Assembly (NCBI RefSeq): GCF_036588685.1
Contig: NC_086373.1
Coordinates: forward strand, 38,006,001-38,070,000
Length of the DNA stretch: 64,000 bases
Source of the DNA: Mytilus trossulus
Taxonomy: Eukaryota
Reading direction: 5' to 3'
The notes beneath the pieces were generated by a model. The model searched no databases and had not been told where the DNA came from. It worked only from the letters and a program-made list of their open reading frames with translations. The translations under genes were made by a program, and so were the position numbers. How positions within the stretch are numbered: the first letter of the stretch is position 1; each line of letters opens with the position of its first letter. This document shows positions 13,901 through 28,900 of this stretch, one piece after another.

Positions 13901-16900
13901 AGCTGAAGAAGGTTAAAAATAAGAACGTCGGAAGTTGTCAAAAGATTGTATGACCCCCTTTACATAGAATTGTCCATATTTTGAGTAAGACAGGATCAAG
14001 TAATCTATAATTTGGATATTTTTTTTTCCAAAAGTAGTACAACACTGTTAAGATATTATTCATAAAACGCAGATGGTATTTTTTTATTTTAATTTATTTT
14101 CTTAAAGAAATACAGTACGAAATAACCGTGAACGCATACCCTTTTGATGCCGTTGTAGTTTCTCATTACAAATTAGTACATGAATTGCATACAATTTACT
14201 TCTACGTGATAAATAAAGATATTTTGTATTGCAATTTTGGAATTGTTATGTAAAAAAGGATTTTATGCATCCCTTTAGAAGGTTTGACACCTAGTCTCTT
14301 TCGAACAGCTTAAGAACAAAGCCCGAAATCTTGCTGAAAGGTAATATAAGTCATGTTTATGTAAAATTGTCTCTTGATTAATTTGATTTGATTTCTTTTA
14401 ACAATGACCTCACATTCCATTATCTTTTCAGATTTACTGAATGTTACTATTTCTCCAGCTTATACTGATGTCCTTGAGGGACAATCTCAGTTAATCACAT
14501 GTAATGTAACTGGAATACCGACAGCTACGTCCATTACATGGTTGTTCACACCATCTGGTTCTAATCAGTCAAATTCCTTAAACATAAGCAATGCAGATGA
14601 ATATTCCGGTGGCACCATTCGGAATCCTTCCTTAACGGTACTAGATTTTAAATTGTCTGATGGCGGTACATATGAATGTTTTGCTACAAATGCTGTTGGA
14701 ACAAGCAACAGCTCATCTTCAGTTCTAAGATTCATTCGTGAGTATATATATGAAATGTCAATGTAAAGTGCTATATCAAATTCATATGTCGAGAAAAAAA
14801 GGGATTATATTTTGAACTCATTTCAGAAATCTCAATATATTTGGTTTGTTTGTTTCTTTTATCGTCTCACCATTACACATCATGTTAGAGAGAGACATTA
14901 TGACTTACATTAAGTGATCATTTTTTATCTTTCAATCTAAAAAATACAAAAATGATGATTAAAGATTCTCGTTCCCAAAGACATTCCGGTAGAAACAACC
15001 AAAGAAGATTCGATAGAAACATTTTTCGATGATTATAACAGGTTGAAAAATCCAAATAAATTTCAGTATTAAGATATTTGAAGTTGTTTACCAAATTTAA
15101 TGACAATAATAAAACTGCAAATTTTAAACATTTTTTTTTGTTCTGAGTTCTGAATTATTTAAAGGGAATTCCAGTGGAAGTATTCATATTCTTTTTATCT
15201 TTTAGAGCACCTAACAATATCAGTAAACCCGTCAAATGGCACTGCTATTTACGGAGACGTCTCGTACACGATTGAGTGTACTATAAGTGGCATTCCCCAG
15301 GCTACATCATGGTCTTGGTCAAAGAGACTCACCACAGGCGGCGAATTGACAACAATATCTGCTGGAAGCAAATATACTATAGTAAATTCTGCCACTCTTC
15401 CGCATTTAACTATCAACAGTATAGTGGAAGATGACGAACAGGACTATTTTTGTCAAGGGACCAATGATGCAGGAACACAAATTAGTATACACGCAAGGCT
15501 TATTGTTAATGGAGGTCAGTTCTTAGTTTCAGCTGATCAAGTATGTTAGAAATAGATTGTAAAAACACTGGAAGCAGTTGTCCTCACCTCATTTTTCGTA
15601 ATTGCTAGCTATTGTAACAATGGAAGAAAAACAGTCCAATTTGGGACATAATATAGTATTTGGTCTGAAAACAAAGTTATCGTCCTTTTGGATTTCGTTG
15701 TCCACGAATATAGTTCTTAGTGTGGACAGTGTGTTGCTTGTCAATTTTTTTTATACGCCTTTCAAATGCATTTCTTCATGTTTTATGTCTCAAATAGCAA
15801 GTAGGGGCTGAAATTACACTGTAAAACCATTTCGGTCCTGAATTTTAAAGTAAAGTAGTGATTTTGTCTAGCTGAAGAAGGTTAAAAATTAGAACATCGG
15901 AAGTTGTCAAAAGATTGTATGACCCCCTTTACATAGAATTGTCCATATTTTGAGTAAGACAGGATCAAGTAATCTATAATTTGGATATTTTTTTTTCCAA
16001 AAGTAGTACAACACTGTTAAGATATTATTCATAAAGCGCAGATGGTATTTTTTTATTTTAATTTATTTTCTTAAAGAAATGCAGTACGAAATAACCGTGA
16101 ACGCATACCCTTTTGATGCCGTTGTAGTTTCTTATTACAAATTAGTACATGAATTGCATACAATTTACTTCTTTGTGATAAATCAAGATATTTTGTATTG
16201 CAATTTTGGATTGTTATGTAAAAAATGATTTTATGCATCCCTTTAGAAGGTTTGACACCTAGTCTCTTTTGAGCAGCTTAAGAACAAAGCCCGAAATCTT
16301 GCTGAAAGGTAATATAAGTCATGTTTATGTAAAATTGTCTCTTGATTAATTTGATTTGATTTCTTTTAACAATGACCTCACATTCCATTATCTTTTCAGA
16401 TTTACTGAATGTTACTATTTCTCCAGCTTATACTGATGTCCTTGAGGGACAATCTCAGTTAATCACATGTAATGTAACTGGAATACCGACAGCTACGTCC
16501 ATTACATGGTTGTTCACACCATCTGGTTCTAATCAGTCAAATTCCTTAAACATAAGCAATGCTGATGAATATTCCGGTGGCACCATTCGGAATCCTTCCT
16601 TAACGGTACTAGATTTTCAATTGTCTGATGGCGGCACATATGAATGTTTTGCTACAAATGCTGTTGGAACAAGCAACAGCTCATCTTCAGTTCTTAGATT
16701 CATTCGTGAGTATATATATTAAATCTCAATGTAAAGTGCTATATCAAATTCATATGTCGAGAAAAAAAGGATTTTACTTTGAACTCATTTCAGAAATCTT
16801 AATATATTTGGTTTGTTTGTTTCTTTTATCGTCTCACCATTACACATCATGTTAGAGAGAGACATTATGACTTACATTAAGTGATCATTTTTTATCTTTC

Positions 16901-19900
16901 AATCTAAAAAATACAAAAATGATGATTAAAGATTCTCGTTCCCAAAGACATTCCGATAGAAACAACCAAAGAAGATTCGATAGAAACATTTTTCGATGAT
17001 TATAACAGGTTGAAAAATCCAAATAAATTTCAGTATTAAGATATTTGAAGTTGTTTACCAAATTTAATGACAATAATAAAACTGCAAATTTTAAACATTT
17101 TTTTTTGTTCTGAGTTCTGAATTTATTTTAAAGGGAATTCCAGTGGAAGTATTCATATTCTTTTTATCTTTTAGAGCACCTAACAATATCAGTAAACCCG
17201 TCAAATGGCACTGCTATTTACGGAGACGTCTCGTACACGATTGGGTGTACTATAAGTGGCATTCCCCAGGCTACATCATGGTCTTGGTCAAAGAGACTCA
17301 CCACAGGCGGCGAATTGACAACAATATCTGCTGGAAGCAAATATACTATAGTAAATTCTGCCACTCTTCCGCATTTAACTATCAACAGTATAGTGGAAGA
17401 TGACGAACAGGACTATTTTTGTCAAGGGACCAATGATGCAGGAACACAAATTAGTATACACGCAAGGCTTATTGTTAATGGAGGTCAGTTCTTAGTTTCA
17501 GCTGATCAAGTATGTTAGAAATAGATTGTAAAAACACTGGAAGCAGTTGTCCTCACCTCATTTTTCGTAATTGCTAGCTATTGTAACAATGGAAGAAAAA
17601 CAGTCCAATTTGGGACATAATATAGTATTTGGTCTGAAAACAAAGTTATCGTCCTTTTGGATTTCGTTGTCCACGAATATAGTTCCTAGTGTGGACAGTG
17701 TGTTGCTTGTCAATTTTTTTTATACGCCTTTCAAATGCATTTCTTCATGTTTTATGTCTCAAATAGCAAGTAAGGGCTGAAATTACACTGTAAAACCATT
17801 TCGGTCCTGAATTTTAAAGTAAAGTAGTGATTTTGTCTAGCTGAAGAAGGTTAAAAATGAGAACATCGGAAGTTGTCAAAAGATTGTATGACCCCCTTTA
17901 CATAGAATTGTCCATATTTTGAGTAAGACAGGATCAAGTAATCTATAATTTGGATATTTTTTTTTCCAAAAGTAGTACAACACTGTTAAGATATTATTCA
18001 TAAAGCGCAGATGGTATTTTTTTATTTTAATTTATTTTCTTAAAGAAATGCAGTACGAAATAACCGTGAACGCATACCCTTTTGATGCCGTTGTAGTTTC
18101 TTATTACAAATTAGTACATGAATTGCATACAATTTACTTCTTTGTGATAAATCAAGATATTTTGTATTGCAATTTTGGATTGTTATGTAAAAAATTATTT
18201 TATGCATCCCTTTAGAAGGTTTGACACCTAGTCTCTTTTGAGCAGCTTAAGAACAAAGCCCGAAATCTTGCTGAAAGGTAATATAAGTCATGTTTATGTA
18301 AAATTGTCTCTTGATTAATTTGATTTGATTTCTTTTAACAATGACCTCACATTCCATTATCTTTTCAGATTTACTGAATGTTACTATTTCTCCAGCTTAT
18401 ACTGATGTCCTTGAGGGACAATCTCAGTTAATCACATGTAATGTAACTGGAATACCGACAGCTACGTCCATTACATGGTTGTTCACACCATCTGGTTCTA
18501 ATCAGTCAAATTCCTTAAACATAAGCAATGCAGATGAATATTCCGGTGGCACCATTCGGAATCCTTCCTTAACGGTACTAGATTTTAAATTGTCTGATGG
18601 CGGTACATATGAATGTTTTGCTACAAATGCTGTTGGAACAAGCAACAGCTCATCTTCAGTTCTAAGATTCATTCGTGAGTATATATATGAAATGTCAATG
18701 TAAAGTGCTATATCAAATTCATATGTCGAGAAAAAAAGGGATTATATTTTGAACTCATTTCAGAAATCTCAATATATTTGGTTTGTTTGTTTCTTTTATC
18801 GTCTCACCATTACACATCATGTTAGAGAGAGACATTATGACTTACATTAAGTGATCATTTTTTATCTTTCAATCTAAAAAATACAAAAATGATGATTAAA
18901 GATTCTCGTTCCCAAAGACATTCCGGTAGAAACAACCAAAGAAGATTCGATAGAAACATTTTTCGATGATTATAACAGGTTGAAAAATCCAAATAAATTT
19001 CAGTATTAAGATATTTGAAGTTGTTTACCAAATTTAATGACAATAATAAAACTGCAAATTTTAAACATTTTTTTTTGTTCTGAGTTCTGAATTTATTTTA
19101 AAGGGAATTCCAGTGGAAGTATTCATATTCTTTTTATCTTTTAGAGCACCTAACAATATCAGTAAACCCGTCAAATGGCACTGCTATTTACGGAGACGTC
19201 TCGTACACGATTGAGTGTACTATAAGTGGCATTCCCCAGGCTACATCATGGTCTTGGTCAAAGAGACTCACCACAGGCGGCGAATTGACAACAATATCTG
19301 CTGGAAGCAAATATACTATAGTAAATTCTGCCACTCTTCCGCATTTAACTATCAACAGTATAGTGGAAGATGACGAACAGGACTATTTTTGTCAAGGGAC
19401 CAATGATGCAGGAACACAAATTAGTATACACGCAAGGCTTATTGTTAATGGAGGTCAGTTCTTAGTTTCAGCTGATCAAGTATGTTAGAAATAGATTGTA
19501 AAAACACTGGAAGCAGTTGTCCTCACCTCATTTTTCGTAATTGCTAGCTATTGTAACAATGGAAGAAAAACAGTCCAATTTGGGACATAATATAGTATTT
19601 GGTCTGAAAACAAAGTTATCGTCCTTTTGGATTTCGTTGTCCACGAATATAGTTCCTAGTGTGGACAGTGTGTTGCTTGTCAATTTTTTTTTATACGCCT
19701 TTCAAATGCATTTCTTCATGTTTTATGTCTCAAATAGCAAGTAAGGGCTGAAATTACACTGTAAAACCATTTCGGTCCTGAATTTTAAAGTAAAGTAGTG
19801 ATTTTGTCTAGCTGAAGAAGGTTAAAAATTAGAACATCGGAAGTTGTCAAAAGATTGTATGACCCCCTTTACATAGAATTGTCCATATTTTGAGTAAGAC

Positions 19901-22900
19901 AGGATCAAGTAATCTATAATTTGGATATTTTTTTTTCCAAAAGTAGTACAACACTGTTAAGATATTATTCATAAAGCGCAGATGGTATTTTTTTATTTTA
20001 ATTTATTTTCTTAAAGAAATGCAGTACGAAATAACCGTGAACGCATACCCTTTTGATGCCGTTGTAGTTTCTTATTACAAATTAGTACATGAATTGCATA
20101 CAATTTACTTCTTTGTGATAAATCAAGATATTTTGTATTGCAATTTTGGATTGTTATGTAAAAAATGATTTTATGCATCCCTTTAGAAGGTTTGACACCT
20201 AGTCTCTTTTGAGCAGCTTAAGAACAAAGCCCGAAATCTTGCTGAAAGGTAATATAAGTCATGTTTATGTAAAATTGTCTCTTGATTAATTTGATTTGAT
20301 TTCTTTTAACAATGACCTCACATTCCATTATCTTTTCAGATTTACTGAATGTTACTATTTCTCCAGCTTATACTGATGTCCTTGAGGGACAATCTCAGTT
20401 AATCACATGTAATGTAACTGGAATACCGACAGCTACGTCCATTACATGGTTGTTCACACCATCTGGTTCTAATCAGTCAAATTCCTTAAACATAAGCAAT
20501 GCTGATGAATATTCCGGTGGCACCATTCGGAATCCTTCCTTAACGGTACTAGATTTTCAATTGTCTGATGGCGGCACATATGAATGTTTTGCTACAAATG
20601 CTGTTGGAACAAGCAACAGCTCATCTTCAGTTCTTAGATTCATTCGTGAGTATATATATTAAATCTCAATGTAAAGTGCTATATCAAATTCATATGTCGA
20701 GAAAAAAAGGATTTTACTTTGAACTCATTTCAGAAATCTTAATATATTTGGTTTGTTTGTTTCTTTTATCGTCTCACCATTACACATCATGTTAGAGAGA
20801 GACATTATGACTTACATTAAGTGATCATTTTTTATCTTTCAATCTAAAAAATACAAAAATGATGATTAAAGATTCTCGTTCCCAAAGACATTCCGATAGA
20901 AACAACCAAAGAAGATTCGATAGAAACATTTTTCGATGATTATAACAGGTTGAAAAATCCAAATAAATTTCAGTATTAAGATATTTGAAGTTGTTTACCA
21001 AATTTAATGACAATAATAAAACTGCAAATTTTAAACATTTTTTTTTGTTCTGAGTTCTGAATTTATTTTAAAGGGAATTCCAGTGGAAGTATTCATATTC
21101 TTTTTATCTTTTAGAGCACCTAACAATATCAGTAAACCCGTCAAATGGCACTGCTATTTACGGAGACGTCTCGTACACGATTGGGTGTACTATAAGTGGC
21201 ATTCCCCAGGCTACATCATGGTCTTGGTCAAAGAGACTCACCACAGGCGGCGAATTGACAACAATATCTGCTGGAAGCAAATATACTATAGTAAATTCTG
21301 CCACTCTTCCGCATTTAACTATCAACAGTATAGTGGAAGATGACGAACAGGACTATTTTTGTCAAGGGACCAATGATGCAGGAACACAAATTAGTATACA
21401 CGCAAGGCTTATTGTTAATGGAGGTCAGTTCTTAGTTTCAGCTGATCAAGTATGTTAGAAATAGATTGTAAAAACACTGGAAGCAGTTGTCCTCACCTCA
21501 TTTTTCGTAATTGCTAGCTATTGTAACAATGGAAGAAAAACAGTCCTATTTGGGACATAATATAGTATTTGGTCTGAAAACAAAGTAATCGTCCTTTTGG
21601 ATTTCGTTGTCCACGAATATAGTTCTTAGTGTGGACAGTGTGTTGCTTGTCAATTTTTTTTATACGCCTTTCAAATGCATTTCTTCATGTTTTATGTCTC
21701 AAATAGCAAGTAAGGGCTGAAATTACACTGTAAAACCATTTCGGTCCTGAATTTTAAAGTAAAGTAGTGATTTTGTCTAGCTGAAGAAGGTTAAAAATTA
21801 GAACATCGGAAGTTGTCAAAAGATTGTATGACCCCCTTTACATAGAATTGTCCATATTTTGAGTAAGACAGGATCAAGTAATCTATAATTTGGATATTTT
21901 TTTTTTCCAAAAGTAGTACAACACTGTTAAGATATTATTCATAAAGCGCAGATGGTATTTTTTTATTTTAATTTATTTTCTTAAAGAAATGCAGTACGAA
22001 ATAACCGTGAACGCATACCCATTTGATGCCGTTGTAGTTTCTTATTACAAATTAGTACATGAATTGCATACAATTTACTTCTATGTGATAAATAAAGATA
22101 TTTTGTATTGCAATTTTGGATTGTTATGTAAAAAATGATTTTATGCATCCCTTTAGAAGGTTTGACACCTAGTCTCTTTTGAACAGCTTAAGAACAAAGC
22201 CCGAAATCTTGCTGAAAGGTAATATAAGTCATGTTTATGTAAAATTGTCTCTTGATTAATTTGTTTTGATTTCTTTTAACAATGACCTCACATTCCATTA
22301 TCTTTTCAGATTTACTGAATGTTACTATTTCTCCAGCTTATACTGATGTCCTTGAGGGACAATCTCAGTTAATCACATGTAATGTAACTGGAATACCGAC
22401 AGCTACGTCCATTACATTGTTGTTCACACCATCTGGTTCTAATCAGTCAAATTCCTTAAACATAAGCAATGCAGATGAATATTCCGGTGGCACCATTCGG
22501 AATCCTTCCTTAACGGTTCTAGATTTTCAATTGTCTGATGGCGGTACATATGAATGTTTTGCTACAAATGCTGTTGGAACAAGCAACAGCTCATCTTCAG
22601 TTCTTAGATTCATTCGTGAGTATATATATTAAATGTCAATGTAAAGTGCTATATCAAATTCATATGTCGAGAAAAAAAGGATTTAACTTTGCACTCATTT
22701 CAGAAATCTCAATATATTTGGTTTGTTTGTTTCTTTTATCGTCTCACCATTACACATCATGTTAGAGAGAGACATTATGACTTACATTAAGTGATCATTT
22801 TTTATCTTTCAATCTAAAAAATACAAAAATGATGATTAAAGATTCTCTTTCCCAAAGACATTCCGATAGAAACAACCAAAGCAGATTCGATAGAAACATT

Positions 22901-25900
22901 TTTCGATGATTATAACAGGTTGAAAAATCCAAATAAATTTCAGTATTAAGATATTTGAAGTTGTTTACCAAATTTAATGACAATAATAAAACTGCAAATT
23001 TTAAACATTTTTTTTTTGTTCTGAGTTCTGAATTTATTTTAAAGGGAATTCCAGTGGAAGTATTCATATTTTTTTTATCTTTTAGAGCACCTAACAATAT
23101 CAGTAAACCCGTCAAATGGCACTGCTATTTACGGAGACGTCTCGTACACGATTGAGTGTACTATAAGTGGCATTCCCCAGGCTACATCATGGTCTTGGTC
23201 AAAGAGACTCACCACAGGCGGCGAATTGACAACAATATCTGCTGGAAGCAAATATACTATAGTAAATTCTGCCACTCTTCCGCATTTAACTATCAACAGT
23301 ATAGTGGAGGATGACGAACAGGACTATTTTTGTCAAGGGACCAATGATGCAGGAACACAAACCAGTATACACGCAAGGCTTATTGTTAATGGAGGTTAGT
23401 TCTTAGTTTCAGCTGATCAAGTATGTTAGAAATAGATTGTAAAAACACTGGAAGCAGTTGGCCTCACCTCATTTTTCGTAATTGCTAGCTATTGTAACAA
23501 TGGAAGAAAAACAGTCCAATTTGGGACATAATATAGTATTTGGTCTGAAAACAAAGTTATCGTCCTTTTGGATTTCGTTGTCCACGAATATAGTTCCTAG
23601 TGTGGACAGTGTGTTGCTTGTCAATTTTTTTTATACGCCTTTCAAATGCATTTCTTCATGTTTTATGTCTCAAATAGCAAGTAAGGGCTGAAATTACACT
23701 GTAAAACCATTTCGGTCCTGAATTTTAAAGTAAAGTAGTGATTTGGTCTAGCTGAAGAAGGTTAAAAATTAGAACATCGGAAGTTGTCAAAAGATTGTAT
23801 GACCCCCTTTACATAGAATTGTCCATATTTTGAGTAAGACAGGATCAAGTAATCTATAATTTGGATAATTTTTTTTCCAAAAGTAGTACAACACTGTTAA
23901 GATAATATTCATAAAGCGCAGATGGTATTTTTTCATTTTAATTTATTTTCTTAAAGAAATGCAGTACGAAATAACCGTGAACGCATACCCTTTTGGTGCC
24001 GTTGTAGTTTCTTATTACAAATTAGTACATGAATTGCATACAATTTACTTCTATGTGATAAATCAAGATATTTTGTATTGCAATTTTGGATTGTTATGTA
24101 AAAAATGATTTTATGCATCCCTTTAGAAGGTTTGACACCTAGTCTCTTTTGAGCAGCTTAAGAACAAAGCCCGAAATCTTGCTAAAAGGTAATATAAGTC
24201 ATGTTTATGTAAAATTGTCTCTTGTTAATTTGATTTGATTTCTTTTAACAATGACCTCACATTCCATTATCTTTTCAGATTTACTGAATGTTACTATTTC
24301 TCCAGCTTATACTGATGTCCTTGAGGGACAATCTCAGTTAATCACATGTAATGTAACTGGAATACCGACAGCTACGTCCATTACATGGTTGTTCACACCA
24401 TCTGGTTCTAATCAGTCAAATTCCTTAAACATAAGCAATGCTGATGAATATTCCGGTGGCACCATTCGGAATCCTTCCTTAACGGTACTAGATTTTCAAT
24501 TGTCTGATGGCGGTACATATGAATGTTTTGCTACAAATGCTGTTGGAACAAGCAACAGCTCATCTTCAGTTCTTAGATTCATTCGTGAGTATATATATTA
24601 AATCTCAAAGTAAAGTGCTATATCAAATTCATATGTCGAGAAAAAAAGAATTTTACTTTGAACTCATTTCAGAAATCTCAATATATTTGGTTTGTTTGTT
24701 TCTTTTATCGTCTCACCATTACACATCATGTTAGAGAGAGACATTATGACTTACATTAAGTGATCATTTTTTATCTTTCAATCTAAAAATTACAAAAATG
24801 ATGATCAAAGATTCTCTTTCCCAAAGACATTCCGATAGAAACAACCAAAAAAGATTCGATAGAAACATTTTTCGATGATTATAACAGGTTGAAAAATCCA
24901 GATAAATTTCAGTATTAAGATATTTGAAGTTGTTTACCAAATTTAATGACAATAATAAAACTGCAAATTTTAAACATTTTTTTTTGTTCTGAGTTCTGAA
25001 TTTATTTTAAAGGGAATTCCAGTGGAAGTATTCATATTCTTTTTATCTTTTAGAGCACCTAACAATATCAGTAAACCCGTCAAATGGCACTGCTATTTAC
25101 GGAGACGTCTCGTACACGATTGAGTGTACTATAAGTGGCATTCCCCAGGCTACATCATGGTCTTGGTCAAAGAGACTCACCACAGGCGGCGAATTGACAA
25201 CAATATCTGCTGGAAGCAAATATATTATAGTAAATTCGGCCACTCTTCCGCATTTAACTATCAACAGTATAGTGGAGGATGACGAACAGGACTATTTTTG
25301 TCAAGGGACCAATGATGCAGGAACACAAATTAGTATACACGCAAGGCTTATTGTTAATGGAGGTCAGTTCTTAGTTTCAGCTGATCAAGTATGTTAGAAA
25401 TAGATTGTAAAAACACTGGAAGCAGTTGTCCTCACCTCATTTTTCGTAATTGCTAGCTATTGTAACAATGGAAGAAACACAGTCCAATTTGGGATATAAT
25501 ATAGTATTTGGTCTGAAAACAAAGTTATCGTCCTTTTGGATGTCGTTGTCCACGAATATAGTTCCTAGTGTGGACAGTGTGTTGCTTGTCAATTTTTTTT
25601 ATACGCCTTTCAAATGCATTTCTTCATGTTTTATGTCTCAAATAGCAAGTAAGGGCTGAAATTACACTGTAAAACCATTTCGGTCCTGAATTTTAAAGTA
25701 AAGTAGTGATTTGGTCTAGCTGAAGAAGGTTAAAAATTAGAACATCGGAAGTTGTCAAAAGATTGTATGACCCCCTTTACATAGAATTGTCCATATTTTG
25801 AGTAAGACAGGATCAAGTAATCTATAATTTGGATATTTTTTTTCCAAAAGTAGTACAACACTGTTAAGATAATATTCATAAAGCGCAGATGGTATTTTTT

Positions 25901-28900
25901 CATTTTAATTTATTTTCTTAAAGAAATGCAGTACGAAATAACCGTGAACGCATACCCTTTTGATGCCGTTGTAGTTTCTTATTACAAATTAGTACATGAA
26001 TTGCATACAATTTACTTCTATGTGATAAATCAAGATATTTTGTATTGCAATTTTGGATTGTTATGTAAAAAATGATTTTATGCATCCCTTTAGAAGGTTT
26101 GACACCTAGTCTCTTTTGAGCAGCTTAAGAACAAAGCCCTAAATCTTGCTAAAAGGTAATATAAGTCATGTTTATGTAAAATTGTCTCTTGATTAATTTG
26201 ATTTGATTTCTTTTAACAATGACCTCACATTCCATTATCTTTTCAGATTTACTGAATGTTACTATTTCTCCAGCTTATACTGATGTCCTTGAGGGACAAT
26301 CTCAGTTAATCACATGTAATGTAACTGGAATACCGACAGCTACGTCCATTACATGGTTGTTCACACCATCTGGTTCTAATCAGTCAAATTCCTTAAACAT
26401 AAGCAATGCTGATGAATATTCCGGTGGCACCATTCAGAATCCTTCCTTAACGGTACTAGATTTTCAATTGTCTGATGGCGGTACATATGAATGTTTTGCT
26501 ACAAATGCTGTTGGAACAAGCAACAGCTCATCTTCAGTTCTTAGATTCATTCGTGAGTATATATATTAAATCTCAAAGTCAAGTGCTATATCAAATTCAT
26601 ATGTCGAGAAAAAAAGAATTTTACTTTGAACTCATTTCAGAAATCTCAATATATTTGGTTTGTTTGTTTCTTTTATCGTCTCACCATTACACATCATGTT
26701 AGAGAGAGACATTATGACTTACATTAAGTGATCATTTTTTATCTTTCAATCTAAAAATTACAAAAATGATGATCAAAGATTCTCTTTCCCAAAGACATTC
26801 CGATAGAAACAACCAAAGAAGATTCGATAGAAACATTTTTCGATGATTATAACAGGTTGAAAAATCCAAATAAATTTCAGTATTAAGATATTTGAAGTTG
26901 TTTACCAAATTTAATGACAATAATAAAACTGCAAATTTTAAACATTTTTTTTTGTTCTGAGTTCTGAATTTATTTTAAAGGGAATTCCAGTGGAAGTATT
27001 CATATTCTTTTTATCTTTTAGAGCACCTAACAATATCAGTAAACCCGTCAAATGGCACTGCTATTTACGGAGACGTCTCGTACACGATTGAGTGTACTAT
27101 AAGTGGCATTCCCCAGGCTACATCATGGTCTTGGTCAAAGAGACTCACCACAGGCGGCGAATTGACAACAATATCTGCTGGAAGCAAATATACTATAGTA
27201 AATTCGGCCACTCTTCCGCATTTAACTATCAACAGTATAGTGGAGGATGACGAACAGGACTATTTTTGTCAAGGGGCCAATGATGCAGGAACACAAATTA
27301 GTATACACGCAAGGCTTATTGTTAATGGAGGTCAGTTCTTAGTTTCAGCTGATCAAGTATGTTAGAAATAGATTGTAAAAACACTGGAAGCAGTTGTCCT
27401 CACCTCATTTTTCGTAATTGCTAGCTATTGTAACAATGGAAGAAAAACAGTCCAATTTGGGACATAATATAGTATTTGGTCTGAAAACAAAGTTATCGTC
27501 CTTTTGGATTTCGTTGTCCACGAATATAGTTCCTAGTGTGGACAGTGTGTTGCTTGTCAATTTTTTTTATACGCCTTTCAAATGCATTTCTTCATGTTTT
27601 ATGTCTCAAATAGCAAGTAAGGGCTGAAATTACACTGTAAAACCATTTCGGTCCTTATTGTACCTGTTCCATTTCACAAAATATATTTCTTTTCTTCTGT
27701 AGGATAGCAAGTGGTTTAAATATAAGCCTGTTGAGAATAAATTGCATGCCAGTTTTTTCCTAAAAAGGCAAAAATCTTTATATCAGCCCATACTGCTTGT
27801 AAGAAAAGTAAAGTAGTGATTTGGTCTAGCTGAAGAAGGTTAAAAATTAGAACATCGGAAATTGTCAAAAGATTGTATGACCCCCTTTACATAGAATTGT
27901 CCATATTTTGAGTAAGACAGGATCAAGTAATCTATAATTTGGATAATTTTTTTTCCAAAAGTAGTACAACACTGTTAAGATATTATTCATAAAGCGCAGA
28001 TGGTATTTTTTTATTTTCTTAAAGAAATGCAGTACGAAATAACCGTGAACGCATACCCTTTTGATGCTGTTGTAGTTTCTTATTACAAATTAGTACATGA
28101 ATTGCATACAATTTACTTCTATGTGATAAATAAAGATATTTTGTATTGCAATTTTGGATTGTTATGTAAAAAATGATTTTATGCATCCCTTTAGAAGGTT
28201 TGACACCTAGTCTCTTTTGAACAGCTTAAGAACAAAGCCCGAAATCTTGCTGAAAGGTAATATAAGTCATGTTTATGTAAAATTGTCTCTTGATTAATTT
28301 GTTTTGATTTCTTTAAACAATGACCTCACATTCCATTATCTTTTCAGATTTACTGAATGTTACTATTTCTCCAGCTTACACTGATGTCCTTGAGGGACAA
28401 TCTCAGTTAATCACATGTAATGTAACTGGAATACCGACAGCTACGTCCATTACATGGTTGTTCACACCATCTGGTTCTAATCAGTCAAATTCCTTAAACA
28501 TAAGCAATGCAGATGAATATTCCGGTGGCACCATTCGGAATCCTTCCTTAACGGTACTAGATTTTCAATTGTCTGATGGCGGTACATATGAATGTTTTGC
28601 TACAAATGCTGTTGGAACAAGCAACAGCTCATCTTCAGTTCTTAGATTCATTCGTGAGTATATATATTAAATCTCAATGTAAAGTGCTATATCAAATTCA
28701 TATGTCGAGAAAAAAAGGATTTTACTTTGAACTCATTTCAGAAATCTCAAAATATTTGGTTTGTTTGTTTCTTTTATCGTCTCACCATTACACATCATGT
28801 TAGAGAGGGACATTATGACTTACATTAAGTGATCATTTTTTATCTTTCAATCTAAAAAATACAAAAATGATGATTAAAGATTCTCGTTCCCAAAGACATT

